Virus record (IMG/VR): IMGVR_UViG_3300049489_000400
Span: 1 to 64,000 of that record
Source of the DNA: a virus
Length of the DNA stretch: 64,000 nucleotides
Strand: one strand, 5' to 3'
Positions 26,693 to 36,272 of the stretch are shown one piece after another; the first letter of the stretch is position 1; the number at the start of each line of letters is the position of its first letter. The translations under genes and the position numbers were made by a program. The notes beneath the pieces were generated by a model. It did no database searches, was not told where the DNA came from, and saw only the letters and a list, made by a program, of their open reading frames with translations.

Positions 26693-27559
26693 TTAATTAG
26701 ATGATTTAATAATCTGGTCTAATCTTCTATCGTACAAAGAACCATCCTCTTCAATCGTTACAGTTTTACAAGTATGAACTTCACCTTTATAAGATTCACG
26801 ACCAGGAATATTCATAGCTACAATTACACCATCTACATGAGTTCCTAGAACATTTCTAAACTTAACTTTATCACCTACTGTTACTGTTAATCTATTCGCT
26901 GGATTATTAGCTTCTACACGATAAACAAGGCTATCATTAGTCTTTCTACCAGTTTGTAAATGTCGCTTAGTTACAGCTTGTTTCTTTTCTTTTGTCTTTT
27001 CCTCTTTTTTAGAGGGAAATGGTTCTCTCCATTCCTTTAATCCATACAAATACTTTCCTCTACTGCCTTTCTTGTTATTAGGATTCAGGAATTTAGATAT
27101 ATGCTTTTGAATATTGTTGATTTGAACAGACAAATTAGAATCTGTTCCACAGAAACCGATAGCATCCTTTATTTCGCCAGAAGTCATCGAATGACCCTTT
27201 TCTGAGATGGCTTCAATGACCTTTTCTCTAAATGTTTTAGCTTTTGAAACAGGCTTTAAAGATTCAAAATTAGCTTCTATAATTTTAGATTCCTTTCCGT
27301 TACTTACAAATACCTGTTCTACTTTCTTTTCCTCAACAGAAACTACAGAAACAGCAGTAACATCTTCACCTTTAGCTTCGTCCAATCCGCCAGTAATCAG
27401 TTCTAATGTTTCAGGAGCATTCTCTACTTCTAAAATCATCTTAACTAATTGCGCTGTAACTTCTGCTCTTCTGAAATCAACCTCTTTATCAGAATTTTGT
27501 ACTATTGTTTGTTGATTCAATAATTTGTTTATCAAATCGTCTTTTACTTCTCTTTTCAT
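26693..27559 (-). CDS. Winged-helix DNA-binding protein with C-terminal SH3/KOW-like domain
   Basis: 'TFREKVIEAISEKGHSMTSGEIKDAIG...YLYGLKEW'; C-terminal 'VGDKVKF...EDGSLYDRRLDQI'. Confidence 0.6.
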   Translation of the reverse strand: MKREVKDDLINKLLNQQTIVQNSDKEVDFRRAEVTAQLVKMILEVENAPETLELITGGLDEAKGEDVTAVSVVSVEEKKVEQVFVSNGKESKIIEANFESLKPVSKAKTFREKVIEAISEKGHSMTSGEIKDAIGFCGTDSNLSVQINNIQKHISKFLNPNNKKGSRGKYLYGLKEWREPFPSKKEEKTKEKKQAVTKRHLQTGRKTNDSLVYRVEANNPANRLTVTVGDKVKFRNVLGTHVDGVIVAMNIPGRESYKGEVHTCKTVTIEEDGSLYDRRLDQIIKSSN

Positions 27560-27783
27560 GCCTCCGTAGTTGGTTTTGGAATATCAATAACAGGATAAAT
27601 TTTAAATCTACATTTATTGATTATAAATGTCGTATCAAGTTCAGAGTCTTTTTCCATATCCGCAAACATGGTTATTAGCCTATATTGGTCTTCATTGATC
27701 AACATAACCATTTTAGGTTTTTTAACATTATTCTGCATATCCAGAACTTCACCTATTTCTAATCTGTAAACTTGCTGACTCAT
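27556..27783 (-). CDS. Hypothetical protein
   Basis: ORF track. Confidence 0.6.
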   Translation of the reverse strand: MSQQVYRLEIGEVLDMQNNVKKPKMVMLINEDQYRLITMFADMEKDSELDTTFIINKCRFKIYPVIDIPKPTTEA

Positions 27784-27938
27784 CGCTTCGATTTTTCACT
27801 ACTAACTTTGCTCTTTTTCACTAGACCGCAATTAGCGCATTTCTTAATTATTATCCCACCTTCTATTCTAATTCCAGACCTGCCATAATCATGATATTTG
27901 GAAACTGGACAAGGGGAATCATTAAATTTCCCCTTCAT
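27780..27938 (-). CDS. Small zinc-finger protein (52 aa)
   Basis: Hand translation MKGKFNDSPCPVSKYHDY...KKCANCGLVKKSK...; C-x5-H...CxxC; ATGA coupling. Confidence 0.6.
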   Translation of the reverse strand: MKGKFNDSPCPVSKYHDYGRSGIRIEGGIIIKKCANCGLVKKSKVSSEKSKR

Positions 27939-28215
27939 AGTCTTCGTATTTGTACGTTATCAAACCTTTACATTCTTCTGGTATAATCTCAACCTCCAGA
28001 ATTAACTTTTTTAAATCTGTATCGACAAATAATTCCTTACCTCCTTCAAGGTCAATTCTTTTCACCCTATTCATAGTGATGCCGAATGTTTTCATTTGAT
28101 CTTCTAGCATGTTGCTAGTCCTACATCTAACATCTTTTATGAAGTCAGAATATGGACTAACAACAGGAACTTCCACACTTCTTGGGAATCCTAGAGAATT
28201 TAATAATGCTTCCAT
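27922..28215 (-). CDS. Hypothetical protein
   Basis: ORF track. Confidence 0.6.
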   Translation of the reverse strand: MEALLNSLGFPRSVEVPVVSPYSDFIKDVRCRTSNMLEDQMKTFGITMNRVKRIDLEGGKELFVDTDLKKLILEVEIIPEECKGLITYKYEDYEGEI

Positions 28216-28275
28216 TACAATTCTTTTACGATTGGATCAACTTCATCCCCTCCATCGCTCACGATGATAATAATT

Positions 28276-28821
28276 CTACCTTCCATAATTAAAAAATTTG
28301 TCTTTACAAGAATTAAAACTCTGTCCTTTCATATCTCTATCACTGAGATTTACATCTGAAAAATCTACACCCCAATCAATATTCAATTCCTCATCAAAAG
28401 CAAATATTGATCTTTCAAATTCAGGAGCATACTGAAAATCTACTGCATAATTAACAACAGTATCATCTTCTAAACATAAGAATCCATGAGCAAAACCTTT
28501 AGGAATCAATATAGTTTTCCTGTCTTTGTCGTCCAAAACAACTTTAAAATTCTGACCGAATGTTTCAGAATCAGGTCTCAAATCTACAACAACATCTAAA
28601 ATAGAACCTTTTGAGCACCAAACTATCTTAGACTGTTCAAAAGGCTTTTCTTGGAAATGTAAACCTCTCAAAACACCTCTTTTAGACAAGGACTGATTTA
28701 GCTGAACCATATTGAAATTAAATTCTTTATGATAAAAAACTACGTTAAAAGTTCCTCTTTTGTCTTTAAATAAATCTGGCTGTAGTACGAATAAGCCATT
28801 TGCTAACTCCAATGATTCCAT
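28276..28821 (-). CDS. rmlC: dTDP-4-dehydrorhamnose 3,5-epimerase
   Basis: DKRG, GVLRGLHFQ, QSKIV, DVVVDLRPDSETFG, IPKGFAHGF, LSDRD. Confidence 0.92.
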   Translation of the reverse strand: MESLELANGLFVLQPDLFKDKRGTFNVVFYHKEFNFNMVQLNQSLSKRGVLRGLHFQEKPFEQSKIVWCSKGSILDVVVDLRPDSETFGQNFKVVLDDKDRKTILIPKGFAHGFLCLEDDTVVNYAVDFQYAPEFERSIFAFDEELNIDWGVDFSDVNLSDRDMKGQSFNSCKDKFFNYGR

Positions 28822-28822
28822 A

Positions 28823-29038
28823 TTAATGATTGAATTTTTTGTAAGCAGAAAACCAACGAACTTTAGGATATTTTTTCCTCATTATTGCCTTCCACTTTTT
28901 ATATTCTTTACTAGTGTAGAACTCGTAATTATTAACCAATATGCAATACATTCCGTCATTCATATCAGTTTCTTCTAAATCCCAATCATATTGTGGGAAT
29001 TTATCTGCTAAACCAAATACTACGTTTTCAATTGACAT
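28823..29038 (-). CDS. Hypothetical protein
   Basis: ORF track. Confidence 0.6.
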   Translation of the reverse strand: MSIENVVFGLADKFPQYDWDLEETDMNDGMYCILVNNYEFYTSKEYKKWKAIMRKKYPKVRWFSAYKKFNH

Positions 29039-29478
29039 ATTAGATATTTTCTTGCTTCTCCAGCTAAAAAATCTACTCTTTCATTATTTTCAATTCCAGA
29101 GTGTCCTTTAACCTTTACGAATTTGATTTTTAATAACCTTGTATAGTGGAGCATTTCTTCCCATTTGTCTCTGTTTTTGATATCATCCCAGTCCATTTCA
29201 ATCCAACGGATGTACCATTTTTCAAGAAAGCAATTGACTACATAGGCACTATCAGAATGTATATTGATACGCTCATTAATTTTATTTTTATGAGCATACT
29301 TTAAGGCTTGTATTACAGCTTCCATCTCCATTCTTGTAGAAGTGGTCGACTCTTCATACCCAAGGTCTTCAAATAGAGTTTCGCCATCCTTAATTACGGA
29401 AAAAGCCCAACCACCAATTCCGCAATTCTCATGCTTCTTGTTATTATTACAAGAACCATCAGTCCAAATATCAATCAT
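29020..29478 (-). CDS. rnhA: Ribonuclease HI
   Basis: WTDGSC, TSTRMEM, SDSAYV, NRDKW, VKGHSG.ENNERVD. Confidence 0.93.
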   Translation of the reverse strand: MIDIWTDGSCNNNKKHENCGIGGWAFSVIKDGETLFEDLGYEESTTSTRMEMEAVIQALKYAHKNKINERINIHSDSAYVVNCFLEKWYIRWIEMDWDDIKNRDKWEEMLHYTRLLKIKFVKVKGHSGIENNERVDFLAGEARKYLICQLKT

Positions 29479-29741
29479 CGTCCAAGAACCTCTACAGATT
29501 CATTCTCTTTCTTATAAACACCTGGACCACCAAATTCAGGGTCTTGCATGACTCTTAAACCTTTATATTTTCTCAATACGAACCCTTCATTACTAATGTG
29601 GATTTGTAACTCTTTAGCGCCATCTTTCAAAGTAGAATAAGATAGATGTCCAAGCACTAGTACTAATGGCTCTATTCCTTTGCTTCTAAGCTGCTTTAAT
29701 TGTTGCTCGATTTCTTGATCAATCTGTTCGAATTTTTTCAT
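29475..29741 (-). CDS. Hypothetical protein
   Basis: ORF track. Confidence 0.6.
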   Translation of the reverse strand: MKKFEQIDQEIEQQLKQLRSKGIEPLVLVLGHLSYSTLKDGAKELQIHISNEGFVLRKYKGLRVMQDPEFGGPGVYKKENESVEVLGR

Positions 29742-31225
29742 AACTCTTTTCTGTTTTGCAATATAGCTTTTTGATTCTCAATAACCTCCTCATAATCAGA
29801 CAAGAAAACTAATTTCTTCTTCGCTCTTGTAATCGCTACATATAACAAATTATCTTCCTGTTTCAACTGCCATTCCTGAACTGCGAATCTGCTAGGTATT
29901 AACTCTGGACAGAGAATAAATACATTGTCGTTTTCAAGACCTTTAGATTTATGTATTGTAGAAAGACATATACCTTCACCTTGTTCTTTAAAAATCTGCT
30001 TAATGTTTTCCTTCAAATCCTTAGTGTAAGAAACACCTTCTGATAGAACAGATAGTATATCGAATTTCTGATTCATTCCGTCAATTTTCTCAGAATTATC
30101 AGGATTCTTCATCCCAAGTTTGATCAGCTTTAGTCTTTCTTTTTGTATAGTTTGTCGATATTTAACTAACATGCTCTTAGTTGTTTCACACCCTATTTTA
30201 TTCACTAAAGCAATAAGTCCTACTCCAATATCCTTACCCTTAACATATGATTTTATACCCATAGATAAGAAATAAAGATTAGACAAAACAAGTGGTTTTA
30301 AATTCCTACAAAGAACCCAATCCCCACTTCGTATTTCATCTATGAACCCCTCTCTAACTATCCCTGGTTTATTCCCACTGAAAGGTTCAATCTGAGGATT
30401 AATCTTTTTAGCAGCTTCTACTATTCTTGTTCCACAACGATAATTTACCGATAAAGGCAGTTCAATTGTGTTATCGAATAAAGTTTTTAATCTCGAATAA
30501 CTATCAATGTCTGCGCCAGCAAAACCATATATAGCCTGATTAGGGTCTCCAACAGCAACTAATCTCCCACCTCTCTTTAAAATCTTAGTTATAATACTTT
30601 GTTGACATCTAGACAAATCTTGACTTTCATCTACAAATACATAATCGAATTTAGCTACTTTTAAGTCCTCTGAAACGACACGATAAATCATATCCGTAAA
30701 ATCGAACAGATGATCATCCTTATCCATTAATTTTAGAACTTCAATCGCCATTTGAGCTTCCTCATCATTTATGTTCAAATCATGATGAGATGCTAATTCT
30801 ACTACTTTTTCTACATCGAATGTTAGAGTCATTCTCATCAAATCTACAATAGTAGAAAGAACATATTGGTAGTAAGCAGTTTTCTTAATGTCGATTTTAT
30901 TTTTCAATAAGACCTTTTTGATATGTTCTAAGGATTTATTAGGCTTTAATTCAGCCTTATAACCTCTGTTCTTCATTATTGAACGCCAACAAAAAGAGTG
31001 CATTGTAGTAACAAGGACATCTTTTCTTTTTATCCTTGTTTTTAATTCGTCTACAATTGAATTATTGAATGCTAAAAATGCTATATCCTTACCTTTAGGA
31101 ACTAAATCTAAACAACCCATTAGGGTGGTTGTTTTGCCAGACCCAGCTACAGCACCGATGATAATATTTGTATTAGAATCTCTAATTTCATTATAGATTC
31201 TTGTCTGATATTTTGAATCTTCCAT
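29738..31225 (-). CDS. UvrD/Rep-family SF1 helicase
   Basis: AVAGSGKTT, VDESQD, VGDPNQAIYGFAGA, NYRC, TIHKSKGLE, YVAITRAK. Confidence 0.92.
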   Translation of the reverse strand: MEDSKYQTRIYNEIRDSNTNIIIGAVAGSGKTTTLMGCLDLVPKGKDIAFLAFNNSIVDELKTRIKRKDVLVTTMHSFCWRSIMKNRGYKAELKPNKSLEHIKKVLLKNKIDIKKTAYYQYVLSTIVDLMRMTLTFDVEKVVELASHHDLNINDEEAQMAIEVLKLMDKDDHLFDFTDMIYRVVSEDLKVAKFDYVFVDESQDLSRCQQSIITKILKRGGRLVAVGDPNQAIYGFAGADIDSYSRLKTLFDNTIELPLSVNYRCGTRIVEAAKKINPQIEPFSGNKPGIVREGFIDEIRSGDWVLCRNLKPLVLSNLYFLSMGIKSYVKGKDIGVGLIALVNKIGCETTKSMLVKYRQTIQKERLKLIKLGMKNPDNSEKIDGMNQKFDILSVLSEGVSYTKDLKENIKQIFKEQGEGICLSTIHKSKGLENDNVFILCPELIPSRFAVQEWQLKQEDNLLYVAITRAKKKLVFLSDYEEVIENQKAILQNRKEL

Positions 31226-31226
31226 C

Positions 31227-31553
31227 TTAATTAGTATAGAATCTCCACTGATGATTTTCGCTTAATTTGAACTTCAATTTGCTTTTAATTGCATATTTTT
31301 GATCAAATACAGAATTAAATCCAGCTACATCCCCCTGATTGAATATCGAATTACAAAGAAATTCGTTTATCAGTACACCTTCAAACTGAAGATATGGAGC
31401 TGTATGAACAGTTCCTCCTACTGGAGGCTCAAAAGAACTTACAAGAAAGAAATTTATATTTCCGTCCATATTAACTTCTAGGATATCATGTCCATTTTCC
31501 GTCAACGCATTAACCTCGTTAAACAACTCTGAGTATGATTTACTGTTCTTCAT
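31227..31553 (-). CDS. Hypothetical protein
   Basis: ORF track. Confidence 0.6.
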   Translation of the reverse strand: MKNSKSYSELFNEVNALTENGHDILEVNMDGNINFFLVSSFEPPVGGTVHTAPYLQFEGVLINEFLCNSIFNQGDVAGFNSVFDQKYAIKSKLKFKLSENHQWRFYTN

Positions 31554-32163
31554 CTTCGTTAAAAATTACAATTTGCTTTTTGATTTTCTTGATAGAATTT
31601 TGGTATTGAGATGATGTTATTCTCTTTTTTCTATCAAGGAACTCATCTTTCTTTTCGTTTAATAACTTTGACCGTAGAACCATCTTATCTACTTTATCCA
31701 AATCTAGGAATGATATTAAAAAGTCAATATCATATTGAGAAGAGTTTTGTATAACAGGTCTGAATATCTCATGCTTCTGAAAATCTTGAAACTTTTCGCT
31801 GTTTCTAACTTCTTTCTGAAACATTCTGAATAGACTCCTGGTTAACGACTTATTGTAGTAAAAATAGAAACAGCTTTTAGAATGCACCTTGTAGTTACTC
31901 ACACACTTATCCAGCACTATGTAACATTCTGTTTCTATTTCATCTTTCTCAAGGCACTCGTGAGTAACACTTGAATTTCTAAACAACATCTGATAGTTTG
32001 TAACGTTCTTAATGACTATTTTCTTCATCATCTTAAACAGTTCAAACTTTAATTCAGACACTAATCTTTCATTAGTGCTTTTTTGTATCTTTAGAATATA
32101 GCCATTAACTTTCTTTCTGTTGAACTCTGGCTCTGCTATTTTGAATAAAGTAAAATGCATCAT
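31540..32163 (-). CDS. Divergent sigma-70-like factor (second)
   Basis: 'EKDEIETECYIVLDKCVSNYK...FYFYYNKSL' resembles sigma region 2; C-terminal region-4-like helices. Confidence 0.5.
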   Translation of the reverse strand: MMHFTLFKIAEPEFNRKKVNGYILKIQKSTNERLVSELKFELFKMMKKIVIKNVTNYQMLFRNSSVTHECLEKDEIETECYIVLDKCVSNYKVHSKSCFYFYYNKSLTRSLFRMFQKEVRNSEKFQDFQKHEIFRPVIQNSSQYDIDFLISFLDLDKVDKMVLRSKLLNEKKDEFLDRKKRITSSQYQNSIKKIKKQIVIFNEDEEQ

Positions 32164-32468
32164 CCTTTAAATTTTTCGATTAACTCTTTGTTTTTAACGT
32201 ATTTTTGCTCCTTGATATCTTTCTTATAATGCTCTCTGGAACGCTTCGTTAAAACGGCTTGTTTTTGGTCAGGGGTCATGGAATTAAATTTGTTGACCCC
32301 CCAAGAAGGAATATAACCTAAACATTTAAGAACCTTAGATTCATCATTAGGACATTTTACATCATTTTCTTCTTTTTCCTGTTCCGTCATTTCTATGACG
32401 AAATTATTTCTATTGTTACCGCATGAGCAATCTAAACAACAGAAATTGAATTTCTTAGTACTATCCAT
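32160..32468 (-). CDS. FmdB-like zinc-ribbon protein
   Basis: 'FNFCCLDCSC...VKCPND'. Confidence 0.55.
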   Translation of the reverse strand: MDSTKKFNFCCLDCSCGNNRNNFVIEMTEQEKEENDVKCPNDESKVLKCLGYIPSWGVNKFNSMTPDQKQAVLTKRSREHYKKDIKEQKYVKNKELIEKFKG

Positions 32469-33003
32469 TTATCTTAGATTTTAGTAAGTGTAAAATATGA
32501 ATAGCATCTGCTTCATTATCATCAGAACCTTTATAGCCCCATAATTTATCAGCAAATTCAATCATTAAAGGTTTACCAGCATTTCCATTAGAAGTTGCGA
32601 ATTTCTTTATCTCTGAAGCAGAAAATTCAATGTACTCAATTTCTAATTCCGTACTCAATTTTTCAATTATACAAATTAACTTACTAGAATGTATGATTGG
32701 ATTGATGTTACGTCCTGATGGTAATTCATAAGCAATGACGTTAATCTTATTCTTAACAAGAAAATCTCTTAATCTTGATTCGAATCTAATCCACTTCATA
32801 CCTTGACTTTCTTTACTCTTTATGGATAAGTCCCATAATTCGTAATTATAATCAGAACCTACTAATTGCCAAGCAATTCCACATTTAGTAGCCTGGTCGA
32901 TAGCCATAAGATTCATAGAAACAGGCTTGAGAGCAGTTTTTATTTTCCTTGCTCTTCCTACTTTGTCATCTATCGCTTTTTGTTTCGATTTCGTTTTAGC
33001 CAT
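32461..33003 (-). CDS. RuvC-like Holliday junction resolvase
   Basis: AIDQAT, YE, 'SEIKKFATSNGNAGK', 'DNEADA'. Confidence 0.82.
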   Translation of the reverse strand: MAKTKSKQKAIDDKVGRARKIKTALKPVSMNLMAIDQATKCGIAWQLVGSDYNYELWDLSIKSKESQGMKWIRFESRLRDFLVKNKINVIAYELPSGRNINPIIHSSKLICIIEKLSTELEIEYIEFSASEIKKFATSNGNAGKPLMIEFADKLWGYKGSDDNEADAIHILHLLKSKING

Positions 33004-33004
33004 C

Positions 33005-34870
33005 TTAGTTTAATATTCGACTGACACCGTCAATCTTTTTAATGTATAATTCGTTTTCTGCTCCTATTGGATCATTTCTATGAGATACGACCATAGTAGT
33101 AACACCTATGTGTTCTAATATGTTTACAACATCTCTTTGTCCAGTCGCATCAAGACCATCGAAAACTTCATCTAGTATCAACAAATTAAGTCCACCTGTT
33201 GGAGCAGACATATTCATCAATTTCTGAAGACCCACGATATTAGCAAGATTTATACGACCTTTCTCACCTCCAGAATATCTCTTAAAACTACCTAAATTAT
33301 TACCATTTCTCAAAATTGAAACGCTAATTTTCTCAGATAGTTCACCGTTTTTTAACTCTGTAAATCCATCAATCTGAACTTGCAAATCTGAGTTGAATTT
33401 CTTCAGATAACTATTTGTCATTCCTTCGATAATCTTCACACTCTTATTACTTAAATAGGTGCTAAAGCCTTTTTTACCAAAATGGTAAATCCAGAAGTCT
33501 ATATCGGAAATTTCTTTTGAAATTGAATCTAATTCTTCTGTTTTAGCATGCTTATGCTTTTCTGTTTCAGCAAGCTTCAATCTGACTTCTTTTATTTTTT
33601 CTTTGTTGTCAGAGACCTTAGAAAGTTTTTCGATAGAATCTTTTAATTTTGAAATACTTCTATCATTGACAGATATTTCGTCATTTGTTCCTCTTATCTT
33701 ATTTTCAAGTCGATTTATTTTCTGTTCTATTTCTTGCTTTTTGTCGGTCTGCTGCTTGATAGTCTTAATGTCTGATTCCTTTACTTCTATTTTCTTTTGT
33801 ATTCTTTTAACATTAGATTTAGCAATTGTTAACTCTTCTGTAGAATACTCAATCAGTTCATCAACCTCAGAAACATCTATATCAGATGAAGGATTGAATT
33901 CATGATTACATTCTGGACAAGTTATCGCTCCATCTTTTATAGTGCTAAGGTGGTCGATAGTAGATTCAATATTTCTTACTTTAGTTTTTGTTTTCTTTAA
34001 TTTTTCCTCCAGTAACTCAATTGATTTCTTAACCTCTTTTATATGGTTAGAATCTACCTTTATTAGGTCATTTTCAGCCTTTAACTGCTCTATTTTTTCC
34101 TTGCATTCTAATTTGTAAATCTCTAGTCCTTTTGACTCTGATTCTAATTCTTTTATATCAGATTCGATTTCTTTTATCTTGTCATCATTTGAATTAGTTT
34201 TAGATTTTTTCAAATCTTCAATTTCTTGTTCATAAACTTCTATTTTAGACTCAAGTGAATTTATTGAATCCTCTACTTTTCTTAGTTTAGTAGATTCAAG
34301 TTCCTTTTTTTCAGCTTTCAAATTTTCTATTATCTTGCTGATTTTATCGGTATTAGAAAGTCTTGATATGATGTTTTTCTTTTCTGTATCATTTACAGTC
34401 AAGAATGAGAAATTGGTATCTTGTCCAATTATGAAAAAATGTAGTAAATCCTCTCTGGATAAGCCTATTAATTCATATACTCTCTGGTTAGCTTCATTAA
34501 CAGATGTTATTTCTTTATTCAGCTCATTATTTTCCCATATTTCAACCTTTGCTGATTTCTTTCTATGGAACCATCTTTTTATTGTGAGATCATTTACATC
34601 TCCTAACTTGTTCTCAAGAGTAAATTCTACATAAGCAGAATTTTCACCATCCTGAATGAAGTCTTCTTTATTTACATCTCTACAAGTCAATCCAGTAGTA
34701 GCTAGTGATATGGCTTCTATCAGAGTAGATTTTCCAGAACCGTTACTATCTGCACCAGGGTCTGATTCATTAACCCCGAATATCATAGTACAACTATTTC
34801 TTGAGAACTCGTACTCTGTTTCTGAGTGCGTCATCAAGGCTGTCATCTTTATTGACTTTGCTTGCCACAT
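33005..34870 (-). CDS. SbcC/Rad50/gp46-like ATPase
   Basis: NGSGKS, coiled coil with CPEC zinc hook, YSGGE, LILDE. Confidence 0.92.
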   Translation of the reverse strand: MWQAKSIKMTALMTHSETEYEFSRNSCTMIFGVNESDPGADSNGSGKSTLIEAISLATTGLTCRDVNKEDFIQDGENSAYVEFTLENKLGDVNDLTIKRWFHRKKSAKVEIWENNELNKEITSVNEANQRVYELIGLSREDLLHFFIIGQDTNFSFLTVNDTEKKNIISRLSNTDKISKIIENLKAEKKELESTKLRKVEDSINSLESKIEVYEQEIEDLKKSKTNSNDDKIKEIESDIKELESESKGLEIYKLECKEKIEQLKAENDLIKVDSNHIKEVKKSIELLEEKLKKTKTKVRNIESTIDHLSTIKDGAITCPECNHEFNPSSDIDVSEVDELIEYSTEELTIAKSNVKRIQKKIEVKESDIKTIKQQTDKKQEIEQKINRLENKIRGTNDEISVNDRSISKLKDSIEKLSKVSDNKEKIKEVRLKLAETEKHKHAKTEELDSISKEISDIDFWIYHFGKKGFSTYLSNKSVKIIEGMTNSYLKKFNSDLQVQIDGFTELKNGELSEKISVSILRNGNNLGSFKRYSGGEKGRINLANIVGLQKLMNMSAPTGGLNLLILDEVFDGLDATGQRDVVNILEHIGVTTMVVSHRNDPIGAENELYIKKIDGVSRILN

Positions 34871-35228
34871 ACTTTACTTTATTTGGATTTTGTACAAATT
34901 TAAAATTAGGTGGTAAATAAATATCACCTACCTTTTTATGAATCGCTTTCACTAAATCTAACTTTGATTTAGAAGACATTACGTCATTTGCTGATTTAAT
35001 CGCTTTTGATAATTTGGTAAAGTAAGGTGTCAATCTTGCTCCAGTAACCGCTTCTGTTACACACCAAACAATTAATTTACCCTTTAATTTCTTATAAAGG
35101 AAAAAATCAAAATTTTCAAACTCTTTGATTTTCAAAGGTTTTCCGTCAACCTTCTTGAAATAATTGCCACATCTTATATAGCAATCTTCAGAATGTCTCT
35201 TATACTTTCTTGCTATGACTTTATTCAT
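34794..35228 (-). CDS. Hypothetical basic protein
   Basis: ORF track; inserted between sbcD and sbcC homologs. Confidence 0.6.
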   Translation of the reverse strand: MNKVIARKYKRHSEDCYIRCGNYFKKVDGKPLKIKEFENFDFFLYKKLKGKLIVWCVTEAVTGARLTPYFTKLSKAIKSANDVMSSKSKLDLVKAIHKKVGDIYLPPNFKFVQNPNKVKYVASKVNKDDSLDDALRNRVRVLKK

Positions 35229-36256
35229 AACTTCAGATATTTCAGACCTTGTTTTCTATTATCTGAGCTGATTCCTTGAATCTTGCAATATTCTAAGAAA
35301 TGTTTTGTTATTTTCTTAGAATCCATCTGCTCAAAATCCCCCTCCTCAACCTTCAATATTTCACCGTTGATTTCTTCAGACTCAAATTTACAATCAATAC
35401 CCTCATCGGTAAATTTTGACAAATTTATCTTTTCGATATCAGTTTTAGTTCCTTGGAAAATGAATCTGACATTATCATCAGTTCCTTTATGAAATTCTAA
35501 TTCATTTTCTATTGAAGAAATATCAGATGCATCAAGTTTTACCTTTATGTATTTTTTGAACTTACTAGGAACAAATTCCAAACTACCATCCGATTTTATA
35601 AGGGTGAATCCCTTATCAGAAATATCCTCTCCATAGTTTGCTTGATAAGCAGAACCTACATAGTGTATGTTTTTACCTATTATAGAAGAGTCGTGATAAT
35701 GTCCTACAAGTACTTTATCCCAATATTTCATTCTTTTAGTAGGAATACCATCTTCAACGATGCTACCGTCATTATTCCTAACTCCATTAAATGATTTATG
35801 AGTTATTAGTATATTTACAGCTTTGTCCTTGCTCCTAGATATTTTTTCTAATTCATCTAGTCTTTTTGAGTAAGAACTGGTAAAATACGGTAGAAAACCG
35901 ATAAATACATCTCCCTTGATTACAAATCCCTTATCTCTTATTAGATTAAAGGATTTGTAATCAGAGAAAACATCTAAATAACTAGATTCGCTGTCTTGGT
36001 CTGTCTTATCGTGATTGCCAGGAATCCCTACAATTTCTAAACCATACGAATCAACAATATTGAAAATTTTCTTCATTCTTAATAAAGTCTGAAGATTCTG
36101 ACCTATCCTGTTTGTAAACCAATCACCAGCGTGAGTAATAGTTTTACAATTTTCTTCTACACACAGCTCACAAGCCTGAACAAAAATATCCTCAACTAAA
36201 TCAAGATTATCCTTTTTCAAATGTGTGTCAGTAAGTAGAACGGAAACTGTTTTCAT
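35225..36256 (-). CDS. SbcD/Mre11/gp47-like nuclease
   Basis: DTH, GDWF, GNHD, GHYH metallophosphoesterase motifs. Confidence 0.9.
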   Translation of the reverse strand: MKTVSVLLTDTHLKKDNLDLVEDIFVQACELCVEENCKTITHAGDWFTNRIGQNLQTLLRMKKIFNIVDSYGLEIVGIPGNHDKTDQDSESSYLDVFSDYKSFNLIRDKGFVIKGDVFIGFLPYFTSSYSKRLDELEKISRSKDKAVNILITHKSFNGVRNNDGSIVEDGIPTKRMKYWDKVLVGHYHDSSIIGKNIHYVGSAYQANYGEDISDKGFTLIKSDGSLEFVPSKFKKYIKVKLDASDISSIENELEFHKGTDDNVRFIFQGTKTDIEKINLSKFTDEGIDCKFESEEINGEILKVEEGDFEQMDSKKITKHFLEYCKIQGISSDNRKQGLKYLKL

Positions 36257-36272
36257 ATAACGACTTTTATTT

